A stretch of 64,000 nucleotides of DNA from Phyllosticta citribraziliensis (taxonomy: Eukaryota): assembly GCF_038025025.1 (NCBI RefSeq), contig NW_027117343.1, positions 1,302,001 through 1,366,000 on the forward strand, given 5' to 3'. Shown here piece after piece: positions 1 to 10,887 of the stretch (position 1 is the stretch's first letter; every line of letters begins with the position of its first letter). The translations under genes and the position numbers were made by a program. The notes beneath the pieces were generated by a model. That model made no database searches and was not told the DNA's origin. It saw only the letters and a list, made by a program, of their open reading frames with translations.

Positions 1-20
1 GATCGCTGACTTGTCTGCAG

Positions 21-542
21 GTAACAAGATCCTCAGGATCCTGAAGGGCAACGGTATGCCTCTCATGAACAACACCATGGTCCCTGTTTGAATCGCGCTG
101 CTGCTGCTTGGCACGCGATTGCCAACCACAAACAAACCTATTATGCTTCTGATCGGTTTCGGCTGACAGAATGATTTTGTGGTCTCACGCAGGCCTGGCT
201 CCTGAGATCCCCGAAGAGTGCGTATATTGACTTAGCTCCCGCTACTGACTGCCCTTCCATTTGCTGACCAACTGCGCGCAGTCTCTACATGCTCATCAAG
301 AAGGGCGTCCAGGTCCGCAAGCACCTTGAGCGCAACGTAAATTCCGCATTCCCCGCTCTACACGGCTGGACATGCCCCCGTTGCTAACACATTTACCGCA
401 GCGCAAGGACAAGGACTCCAAGTTCCGCCTGATTCTGGTCGAATCCCGCATCCACCGCCTTTCTCGCTACTACAAGAAGGTCGGCGTCCTTCCGCCGAGC
501 TGGCGCTACGAGAGCGCCACCGCTAGCACCCTCGTGTCCTAA
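21..542 (+). CDS. RPS13: 40S ribosomal protein S13 (uS15), 3' part; 5' end outside the window
   Basis: Exons about 21-53, 193-217, 282-336 and 402-542 join through GT-AG introns. They give [84 protein letters not shown], the well-known S13 C-terminus. Confidence 0.97.
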
Positions 543-1006
543 GCCATGACGCCTGTTGGAAGTCAAGGATGGATGGCTTGATACAAAAGGGGTCGAGGAC
601 TGTCTGGGCACGGAAAATGAATTAGGCTTAGCCGCCCATTGTCAGCGTCGCGACAGTCACTCAGAGGGTCAAACGACCATCTCATTCAGATGAGTGAGTC
701 TGCGGGTCGCTATTCAAGAGGCTGTCCCGCGTAATATGCGAACAGATGGAAGGAGATTGAGATGGTTCAATTGAGGGTTGATAAATCCTCTATTACGCCG
801 CAGCTGCTGCAGGAGAATACATTGAATAATGCCCACGGCTCGTGCAATTCGACTGCCATGACACATCCCCACCTCATAGCTTGATGTCCGTGGAGCAAAT
901 GTGGAATTGAGAGTAGTGGAAGAGCACGCTACCCCTCAGACATTGTCGTCAACCAACCAGACGGTTTGGGTGCCCCTTTCGACAAGTCTCATGCAAACAG
1001 AGACTT

Positions 1007-3899
1007 TTACTCGAAAACGGACACAACCCCCTGACCGCTCCCAACAGCCACCACCCGCGATCGAGTCTCCAGGGGACTGCCCTCATACACCACAAAGTCG
1101 CCCCTTGGTCCCCCCGCTCCCGCAGCCGCCTGATCCAAGCCCAGAATCTTATAGACATTCGCGCTGACCAGCGCCAACGCGTCCTGCTCACTGAGCTTGC
1201 CCTCGCCATTCGCATACGCCACGCCAGCCATCAATCCCAAATCCCGCGCCTCCCAGTCCTCCGCGGTGCCGATGGCCGTCAGGACGCCGGCGTCGACGAG
1301 CGCGTTGACGGCCGTCCCGTTGGTGAGCGGCGCGCCCGTGAGCGACCGCCGCTGGTCCCAGGCTTGCGAGTATTGCAGCAGCGGCGCCAGCACGACGCCG
1401 ACGTCGGCGGCCGCGAGCTCCTTTGCTACGAGGTGCGATTCGGCGCCGCCGACGATTGCTACCCGGATTTTACTGTTGGCAGCTTGCTCAACTGCGGCTT
1501 TGACGCGCAGGATGGCCGCTGTGGTGTCGGCGCTGTCGACGGATATGACGAGAGGCAGCTGCGCCGTGACGACGCGGTGGAAGTAGGATTGCGCGGAAAA
1601 CTTGGTTGAAAGGGTCTCGTTGAAATCGATGGCGCCGAGGAGACTGTCTCGCAGAGCGCCAACGGCGCTGGAGATGGAGGGCGTCGTGTCGTCTTTGGCT
1701 CCGAGGCCAAGGGTGTAGTGCACGGCGACTTCGTCCGCCCACACCGCGCCGTCTTCGAGGGCATGCGAGGCATGGGCGAGGAAACCGGCACTCACGCCGT
1801 AGGAGCCGCCTCCTGAGAACACGGGAGCAGTGACAGCTTTGGTGACACCGTGTCTGTATGCCGCCGCCAGCTGCTTGTTGTCGAAGAGCAGGCCGTCCAC
1901 AGCTCTGCTAAAAACGCCTTTGCCGTTGCTGCCATCATTCGTGTCGTCCTCCGCGTCAATCTCGCTGAGACCGAGCGTCGATCCAAGGAGCGTGAATGGT
2001 GGCGACAAGTGTCCATTTTCGACGTGAATCACGTCCGCAGCACTCGCACTGGAGAGCTCTGCGTGACACGGCCCAACGCAGGTAATCGTGCCATTCACAA
2101 CGACAACATTTTGAGGCGACTCTCCAGTGACTTGCAAGGCATCTCCCAAGTCCGTCGTCAAAATCTTTGAGATTCCAGTGAAGACCACCGAACTGGTTTC
2201 AAACGACTGATCTTTTGGCGAGGGTGGTGCTGCCTGAGGGTTGATCGGTCCAGTCTTTGGCTTCTTCAAAACGTACGGATCCTCATACTGGGCCGTCCCA
2301 TCAATCCAAACCTGGACGGGCGCGGCACCGACGCTAAGCGGATCACTGTCCCAAAGCACAATGTCGGCGTCGAAACCCGGTTTGATTTTCCCGATGCGTT
2401 CTCCCAGGCCCAGCAGTTCTGCTGGCGCAGATGTGACACCTGCCAGAGCTGCGTGATACGGTAGCCCGTAGCGGTATGCTTTGGCAGCTTCAAAGACCAC
2501 GTGCTGGGCGTTGAGGACTGGGTTGTCGCTGACATAGACGGGCGTGATACCGTTCTCATAGAGGATCTTTCCGGCTTGCTCGGAGCCGCGATATGCTTCA
2601 GCTTTGTACAGCATGTTGTCGGCAAAAAGGGCTGCAGCTGGCGGCCGTCCGCCCCAGGCTCTCTTCAGGATCTACAGAATTAGCACTTTGTTTGAACCTT
2701 CTAGGCGTCATACTTACTTCGGGGACGATATATGTCTCATGAGCATGATGGAATGCCCGGATTGGAAATTTGAATTCGTTGGTGTGGTCAACGAAAGCTT
2801 CCAGGTCGGGAATAGTGTAGCAGTGGGTGTTGACAAGGACTTGGCCTCTGAGAACCGCTGCGAGAGCCTCCCACCGCAGTTCTTGTGGCAGGTAGCTTTC
2901 CATTAGCTCAGGTCCGCGAGCTGACGCTGCATCACACCACTCATCCTGCGCCTTGACAAGGGCGCTAGCCTGTTCAAATGCGTGCCTGAATTCCCAAGAT
3001 TCTCCGAGTCTGCTGTACGGGCCACGCTCTCCAACTTTCCCATACACTCTTTTCGCATTTTCTCCGCAGGCCATCTTCATGTAGCGCCACGTTCCCTCGG
3101 GGTCGGCAAGCATGTCTTTAGCACTGATTTCTGACCGGCCGTCCGGTTTACCCACGGCGTGCTTGATGACAAAAGCTTCGCCGCCGATGTTGTTGCCAGA
3201 GCCAGGCAGTATCAAGGACGTGGTGACACCACCAGACTTTATGACTTGGATTTGATGGTCCAGCGGATCCAAGCCGTCAATGGACCGCACAAAGGGCGTG
3301 ATGTCAGCAGACAGCTCGTTGGTATCTTCGTTGCCATCCAGTTGTGGGAGGGGATCCACGCCAGCATGGCTGTGCATATCTACAATGCCGCTGGTGAGCT
3401 GAAATCCTTGGGCATCGTAGACTTGGTAGTCGGAAGGTAGCTCGGATTCAGATATCGCGGCGCCAACTTTCTTGATGAGACCATTTTCCACAAACACGTC
3501 GGCTTGAGTCCAGGTATATCCGATGCCCTCGAATGCTTCCTGGGCAGTGGTTCCAGAGACTGGCTCTCCTGTCCATACTGTCGCGTTCCTGATGAGAGTG
3601 GGCTTGCTCTCATCAGCAGCGCGGGCGTTGCGATGCCGGACTCCGCTTGGGTCATTGGGCTTGCGGCGCAGATCAGGACATTTGGCAAAGTCGCTCTGAA
3701 GACGACTAGCAGAAAGAGAGGAATGAAGGTTTTGATTGGCGGGTCGATTGCCATTGAGTTGACACCATTGGGCATAGGCTAGAAAGACAAGACATGCAAC
3801 AGCAACGAGTTTCAGAGAGCGAGACTTGCGGAAATGCGGCCGCGGAGACCGGGCACCACGGTTTTCCCTGTCCATGGGCAATGACTTGAAGTCATTCAT
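1007..3899 (-). CDS. Amidohydrolase-superfamily protein with two tandem domains and an N-terminal membrane anchor (substrate unknown)
   Basis: ORFs 2598..3980 and 1007..2614 join through a 46-nt intron (2672-2717, GTAAGT...CTAAT...TAG). Motifs are GIVDMHSH, KMACGEN, THCY, HHAH and GKIKPGFDADIVLWD. A hydrophobic segment LVAVACLVFLAYAQW lies near the N-terminus. Confidence 0.9.
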
Positions 3900-4357
3900 T
3901 TTGATGGGGAAAGGTGGTGTTGTTGGTGTTGTTTTGTTTTGCACAGCTGAACCTACTGATAAGGTTCTCGAGAGGCACAAATAACGTCAGCGAGATGCCG
4001 AAGCACGCAGGCACGTCCGAGCAGCATGCAAGCTCCCCCACCTTGTGCACGAATGCTCCTCATCGCGCAACCCAAGTCTTTGATTCACGTCTTTGATGAG
4101 GTTCCAGCATCATTTCAGGATCCGCGGCGCTACAAGTAATCTGACTCCCAAGCTTACTCGAACGTCACTGGGTGGAGGGGTTTTTCTCAGACCATTGACG
4201 CAGGATGCATGCAGTGCGCAAAGAGCAGAAGAATCGTGAAGCTTTTCATTTGCCGCTGTCCGTTTGGCCATGCCATGCTACGCTGTAACAATCCTTTTGT
4301 GGCCGTGTCCACTCTAACACCAAAGAAACAAAGATCCGCCATGAATCATGTCCTCAT

Positions 4358-6112
4358 TCATTTCTTGCCCTTGCTGCCCCGCTCCACGAGCTTTTTCTTG
4401 ACGTGCTTGGGCATTTTAGTCTTGCGCTTCTCGCGCCGCTCTTCCTTGATCGTCGCCTTGTGCGCCTTCTTCTCCTCCTTGTCCTCGAAGCGGCGGCCGC
4501 GCGGCTGCTTTGGGTCTTTGTCGACCCAACCGGCGCCCTCACTATCATCCTCATCCTCATCATCGTCTCCGTCATCGTCGGAGTTGGAAGCGGAGGCAGC
4601 ACCGGCAGTCGCGTCTCCAGCGTCACGGCCGTTGGCTTTGGATGCCAGCAAGTTGCCGTAGACGAGATTGGCGCCCTCGCCGCGGCCGACGAGCTCGGCG
4701 TCGCGCTCGATGTCGTAGACCTGCTCGAGCGTCTGTGGGATGTATTGCTTGCGAAAGACCTCATTGTCGACCTCGTCGTCCCTTATGTGGCCATCGGCGC
4801 CGTCCTCGAGCCCGTCGGCGCCTTCGCTGCGCCGTTGCCATGTCTCCTCAAGCGTGCGCTCCATGCCCGGCACGTCGGTGGGCGCAGCAGCGTCGGTCAC
4901 AAAGGCGAAGACGAGGCGGTCCGGCAGCACGTCAACTCCGCGCGAGCGGAAGAAGTCGCCAATGTTGCGAATGTCCATGCGCAGGAACTCGAGGGCCCGC
5001 GGGTGGTCGTGCTCCACTGATTGCGACACGTCAATCATGTAGATCTTGTGTTCGTGGTAGAGGAGGTTGTATTCAGACAAGTCGGCGTGGACGAGACGAC
5101 ACACTTGGTACATGTTGCGCATGTAGCCCAGCAGTTGCACGTACAGCACTTTCCAGCGCGCCTCGATTTCGTCCGAATCCTCGAGGTTCAGCGACGAGGG
5201 TACGTCGCGTAGCCGCGGCGCCGGCCAGCCCTTGCGGTCTCCCAGGAAGCCCATAACCAGCACATGGAGCCGCAGGTAGATGGGCTCCGGGCATGGAATT
5301 CCGGCTGCATGCAGACGCTTCAAATTCCGCATCTCCTTCTCTGCCCACACCTTGACCATGGCGCGGTTGTTGGACTTGGAATATCCAGAGCGGAAGCGAA
5401 ATTCGCCCGTCACGTACTTGTCGCGGTCCTTGAAGACGAGGATCGAGGTCTTGTAGACCTTGATGGCGCGGTGGATCGGGGGTGCTGACTCGTCACCTTC
5501 GGGCATCGAGTGTGCGTGGTAAACGTTGGCTTCTTTTCCTGTTGAAATGCAGCCATGAATCGAAGACACAATGTTGCGATTGATCATCTGCAAGAGCAGC
5601 ATCCGCGTCCGAGGGTCCAGCACTTGCTCTGACGTTGCCCTGTCAGACTTGTCTTTGTCCGTGTTTTCCCTTCGCCCATATTTCGATTCGTCTAGTTTGA
5701 TTTTGCTCGCGTGGACACTCAGCGAGCGGACCTGGTCGTCGACCCAAGATTTCGTGTTTGCGCTCGGCTTCTGCGGGTTGGTTTTGGGTTTTTGCGATTC
5801 CGGAACCGAGTGGTCATGGAGTTTGCGCTGTCGATTGTAGCTCTTGGTGTAGTCGCTGGGGTTTCCGGAGCCGAGGGCGTCGGCGGCGAAGTCATCGTCC
5901 GCCTCTTCGTCCGTTGCCTCGTCAAAGATGTCGTCGTAGTCTTCGCCGTCGGAATACTCGTTTCGGTGAGTGTCGTTCGCTGCGTCTGATGCTTGAGTAC
6001 CGGAAATAGTAACACCGCCCTCTAATTTTTCATAGCCTTGGTTGGGAACGTATTCGTAGGCAGGCTCATTCGGTGCGGCCGGCGGAGCATGGTGTGGCGA
6101 GCCTGAAGCCAT
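4358..6112 (-). CDS. RIO1: Atypical serine/threonine kinase RIO1 (40S maturation)
   Basis: Motifs DKSDRATSEQVLDPRTR, ISTGKEANVYHA, LVHADLSEYN and IDVSQSVEHDHP, plus a Lys-rich tail. The start is taken at ATG 6112 (MASGSP). Confidence 0.96.
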   Translation of the reverse strand: MASGSPHHAPPAAPNEPAYEYVPNQGYEKLEGGVTISGTQASDAANDTHRNEYSDGEDYDDIFDEATDEEADDDFAADALGSGNPSDYTKSYNRQRKLHDHSVPESQKPKTNPQKPSANTKSWVDDQVRSLSVHASKIKLDESKYGRRENTDKDKSDRATSEQVLDPRTRMLLLQMINRNIVSSIHGCISTGKEANVYHAHSMPEGDESAPPIHRAIKVYKTSILVFKDRDKYVTGEFRFRSGYSKSNNRAMVKVWAEKEMRNLKRLHAAGIPCPEPIYLRLHVLVMGFLGDRKGWPAPRLRDVPSSLNLEDSDEIEARWKVLYVQLLGYMRNMYQVCRLVHADLSEYNLLYHEHKIYMIDVSQSVEHDHPRALEFLRMDIRNIGDFFRSRGVDVLPDRLVFAFVTDAAAPTDVPGMERTLEETWQRRSEGADGLEDGADGHIRDDEVDNEVFRKQYIPQTLEQVYDIERDAELVGRGEGANLVYGNLLASKANGRDAGDATAGAASASNSDDDGDDDEDEDDSEGAGWVDKDPKQPRGRRFEDKEEKKAHKATIKEERREKRKTKMPKHVKKKLVERGSKGKK

Positions 6113-6855
6113 GGCGGGAATGTCGTTTCGGAAAGGTCTTGGGTCGAGGAGCGATTCCGATAATTCTGGGCGTTGCGATGGAGGATTCAAATACGATTCC
6201 TCGGAGGAAAATAAAGAGAAAAGCTCGTCGCGAGGAAAATTGGGTGTAAGGTGTTGTGGAAGCTGGACATGCACAAAATAAATTCCACGGCAGTTCAGTC
6301 ATCGTAGCCCTACGCTAACTGGTCTTAGAAGGCGGTCAGAGCCCTGGTCCAGACCCTCCTTTTTCTGCTCACATCTTCCTTTTGCGACATCAGACTGCAT
6401 CATTCTGAGAAATACCTTATCGCCTTTCAATCATCACTGACAAATGCGGTCATCAGTTGCGTAATGGCGCACCCAAAGAAAATGACTCTTGGCCACAGCA
6501 GCAGACATCCGCAAAGCTTGTGTTGGAACTGATGCAACGCGGCACCACGTACTGAATCCGTCTCACGCACTTTCAGAATCCAAGGAGTCAAGTCACATTT
6601 GGTCACCTGCTTGCTGACTCCAAGTTCAATGCAGTGTTGAGTTGAATCGACGACCACCAGACCAGTCTCTCCAAACCGCTCGGGAGGGGCCGAACCGCCT
6701 TGTCGGCTTCACCCTCAGGCTCAACACAACTCGACGCCCGTCTTTCAGCGATCAGAGGCGGACACAGGGCAGGATCAAGCGAAAAGTATTAAATTTGGGC
6801 TTTCATTCTAGTTCTCGAGTCACTCGTGAAACGTATCTCTCTCGACTCTCATCCC

Positions 6856-8636
6856 TCAGTTTGCCTTGGGCTTCACGAGAACCCTCACTCCTTTACTGTC
6901 CAACTTGGGCCTCGGGACAATGATGTCCGCCTGGACCTCGATATCCGTAATGTCCGTTTCGAACAGCTCGAGTCGGCCTTCGAATCGCCGCAAAACTGTC
7001 GGCAGGGCAAGATAGAGCTCCGAGTAGCCCAGCCTGTGAACGAAGAATCAGTACGCATTGCGACTCAACAATCGATGTTCACTCACTGGAGACCCAAGCA
7101 CATTCTGGTTCCTTTGGAGAAGCTCAGGAGGTAGGCATCCAAGTCTCTCCGCTTCTGGCCGTCTTCATTCAGCCACCTTTCAGGCACAAATTCGTCTGCG
7201 TCGTCACCCCAAATCCTCTTGTCATGGTGGACTATGAGCGAGGACATTCCCACAGCCACGCCTGGCGGGATAACTTTTTCGATTTTGCCGTCCATGCTCC
7301 TGAAAACCATGGGCTCGACCGGAGAAACGCGGGGAAGACGTGTCACGAGGCCGTAGCTGAGACGAAGGCCCTCGTAGATGACTGCTGTCAGGTACTGAAG
7401 TCTCTCCAAAGAGGCTTGGGAAGGGATCTCGTCGGGGTTGGGGTAGATGGGGTAGAGTTCCTCCATGAGCTTCTTCATGATTCTCGGCTTTGTAAAGACG
7501 TGGAAGAAGATGACGGCCAGCGTCCAGGTAACGGTCTCGGTTCCTAGAAGGCCGTCAGTGCACTTTTCCCAGCAACAGAAAGATCAGGTCTCTGGACAGA
7601 AGAAACCAGTCCGCGACTGACTTACCAGCACCAATGACTGATTGGCCCTCTTGCCACAGTCTGTCAGCAGACTTCTCAAACGCAGAAAGGTTACTCTCCA
7701 TGAGCTCATGGAAGATGGTGGTTCCCATATCAGTCTCAGGCCTTTTCCCCTCTGCCACCTCTTTCTCAACCTGCTTAATATTTTGAATCGCAGAGTTTTG
7801 CAGCTTGAAGTACTCCGCAAACTCGGGCGCCATCTTGACGGTCCAACTCTCCGGCAGGGATGCGAGGAGTTTGCCAACCCAAGGCCACTGCTTGGTCACC
7901 GGTGAAGACTTCAAGCCTCCTTCCAGCGTGATGCGCACGTCGTTCTTAAAGTCCTTGACGTCCAGCAGCTTCGTGTCGATTCCAAAGGCGTACAGAGATA
8001 CCACGTCAGTCGTGAAGCAGCTGATGGCCGCATCGAAGACGATCGGCTGGCCGGTGCCAGCATTCTCCTCGAGCCGCGCGCAAAACTTGTTCAGCAGACG
8101 GACGATGGTCGGCTCGAGCTTGGCGACGCTTCCCTTGGAGAAGAAGCGGTTGATAGCGCTGCGACGAACACGGTGGAGGTCATGGGGAACCGTTCCAAAA
8201 GCCGACTCTCCCAGGTTTAGGTTCTGCGTCGCCATCCAGTATTTGTCTCTTTTCTTGTTGCCGCCTGAGTAGAGCGTGTCGATGAACGAGGGATCAGAGA
8301 CATGGAGCTCCGTTGGCGAAATGCGAATGACGGGACCTGTTCAGCATTAGCGGCTGAAGCTCTCCGATTCCCGCTCAACGCAGTCTTCTCGAAACTCTGT
8401 GCGGCCTTACCATATTGCTCGTGCAGCTCCTTGATCTTGAATGAGAACCGGTAGGGCGTTACGAAGTCGTGATAGAACTCGTAGAAATAAGTCAACGCCG
8501 CGAGTTTGGGTCCGGGGAATTTGGCAATGTTTGAAAAGTACAGCCGGTGAATCGCGACCGAGACGTAGTAGATGATAGCCGTCACTGCGAGGACCTCGAA
8601 TGGGCGGTCGCCCAGCAACTTCAAGAGACCTATCAT
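6856..8636 (-). CDS. Cytochrome P450 monooxygenase (secondary-metabolism type, multi-exon)
   Basis: N-terminal TM segment followed by FPGPKLAALT, I-helix GAG/TET split by an intron, EGLR (ExxR), FVPERW and heme motif FSKGTRMCLG. The last exon ends ...GVRVLVKPKAN* at 6856. Confidence 0.93.
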
Positions 8637-9359
8637 TGTCGGGCCAGCGGATCGAACCAGGAAGGCTGGAGCTCTCTTCGCGCCATATCACAGCGGGGTT
8701 TTTGCCGACTTTTGTACTGAAGAATCGCGCTGGAGACGTCCAATCGGCGATGTTGCAAATGTAACTAACCCCACTTCCTCAGTTTGGGGGCTGGTATACT
8801 GTCCAGAAGACGACACCAGCGGAAGACGTGTACACCCTTGGATGTACGTTGGAAAATACAGAAGTGGCAATCTCCTCCGACCTCCGAGGAGCAGGACGGA
8901 GATCATTGTGTGCTTGATAACAATGAGTCCAAGCCCTTGATCAAAATGAGGAAGCAAGCCCTCCAAACATCCAGACATGCAACTTGCTCTTTGATAATGT
9001 TGCTCTCCGAAGGAACAACGAAGTTTTCAGATTAGCGAAAGCTTGTGAAATCCTGAATCCTGCAAACTTCTGGCCCCCAATATCGAACCACATGTCAAAC
9101 GTCAAAAGCGAGTTCCCCACGTCTGTGCGGAAAACGTTACCAATCAGTAGAATCTGCACCTGATCCTGGAGCTATCTCCGTGGAGCTCGTCAGGTCTTGC
9201 CGGCAAATCAGGGTCCCACGGCGTGATCTTCCCGAAAGCACAGATTCGGCAAGCTTGAAGAAGTTTGATTACTGCATATGGGATGAGATAGATGCTGCAT
9301 CTTATCGTGTGCTGATGCAAACAGAAAGCGTTCCGTGGGCCCTCTCAGCTGCAGAGGTC

Positions 9360-10887
9360 TCAAGCCTCCAGCGACAGGCAGGTCAGCGATAAAACACTTC
9401 CGGGAAGAGTATACACCTTGTCCAGCTTGAGGCGTGGGTCTGCTTGCGCAAACAATCCCTCCCAGTCTTGAGCATCTCGTTCGCGAGCATTTTGCAGGTT
9501 CTTCATTGCCAAATCCAGACATCTGCATGGTGAATGTGGTCAGCGCTTGTTTCGTCACAGAGTTGCCCTTTGCGTGTCGCTTTCTGCCCTTTTATACCCC
9601 CAAAGCTACAGCCATTCTTACGGACGTACCTGAGAACTTTTTCCTGGCCAAGAGGAATCCTGCCTGGTTCAGGGACCATGCTGTCGAGGATAAAGATTTG
9701 CGCTCCGGGTTTCATGGCATCCACGGTTTTCTTCAAGATTTTGGCGGCATACTTATCCGGCCAATTGTGGAGGATCATGCTGAAAAAGTAGACGTCTGCA
9801 TCTTGAACTGGCTGGTCCTCCTGCAAGAAGTCGTAGGCTTGGAAAGAGACCCTGTTGGCGAGGTCGCTTGGCAGGGAGGGCACGACAGTGGCGTTGGCTT
9901 CTTCAATGACTGACTCGAGGTCTTGAACGACAAATGTCAGGTCTGGATTCTTCTTGGCGATTGCAAAGCTGTTGTGGCCACGGCTGCCACCGACCTGGAT
10001 TGAAAGTCAGCCTTTTTAGCTCCGTTTGGCCTGTCGTGCAAACATCAGGCACTCACGTCCACAAATTTTGCTTTTCCCAATCTGGCCCAGTCAAAAGCAT
10101 CCGCTACACTTTTGGTTCCATATCCTGTGTTGTCATTGGCTGCCTTCATGGCAAGTGAGAATCTTGCCACTCTTTCGGGGCCCTGGCTAGTCAGATACGT
10201 GTAAAATCCTTGCCCTTTGGTGTCGAACGCCAAGCCGTACGCCGTTTGCCATGGCTCTTGAGCATCAGGCCCGAATTTTTCGATCGCCTCGAGAGTCTTT
10301 TCGACAGCGGGAAGGTTTTCTTCGACGGCAACACAAAGCATGGCCTGCATCTCAGGAGAAGTGATCATCTGGGCCGAACTCGCAGTATGCGCAACGTGGC
10401 CGGGCACTGGCTCGCAGAATATCATGCTGGAAGCGCAAGCCCGAACCATTCTCTTGAGGTCTGCAGTGACGACCGGGTATCCAGCTGCGCTAGCCTTGGC
10501 GGCCAGATCTTCATAACTGATGGTCGGTACATCAATTCCGGGGGGAGCTTCTGGTGTTGGCAATGGAACAAAAGACGCAATCTTGTAGTAATGGATGTAG
10601 CGAACTGCTGCGAGTTCGAGGAATCCCAAAAGATGGATTTGAAGATAGTCTGCCGGCCCGTGTGCCAACACACGCAGCTTTTCGGCCGCACTGAGAAGCT
10701 CATGTTGGACGGCGATGACGGCAGGGTCTGTTCCAGGAGGAAACAAAGTCTTTGGAGAATTGGCATCGAATGATGGTTGCTGGAGACCGTTCTTCTTCCA
10801 GTAATCTGTAAGGGCTTGAGCAGAGGATTGAATACTGTTTGCCAGGACCATGAGGTTCTCCGGCTTTGGAATTGCTTGAGCAACCAT
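9360..10887 (-). CDS. SAM-dependent O-methyltransferase (fungal secondary-metabolite/COMT-like family)
   Basis: Exons encode KFVD/VGGSRG (SAM motif across an intron), YDFLQEDQPV, MILHNWPDKYAAKIL and a last exon CLDLAMKNLQNARERDAQDWEGLF...LSLEA* ending at 9360. Confidence 0.92.

Noticed and set aside
4403..5256. Long plus-strand ORFs (205 and 248 aa) overlapping RIO1
   Set aside because: Antisense shadows of a GC-rich CDS with no motifs.
6113..6274. 54-aa N-terminal extension of the RIO1 ORF
   Set aside because: It comes from a non-ATG start in the ORF track and reads like a pyrimidine-rich 5' UTR. There is no independent support.
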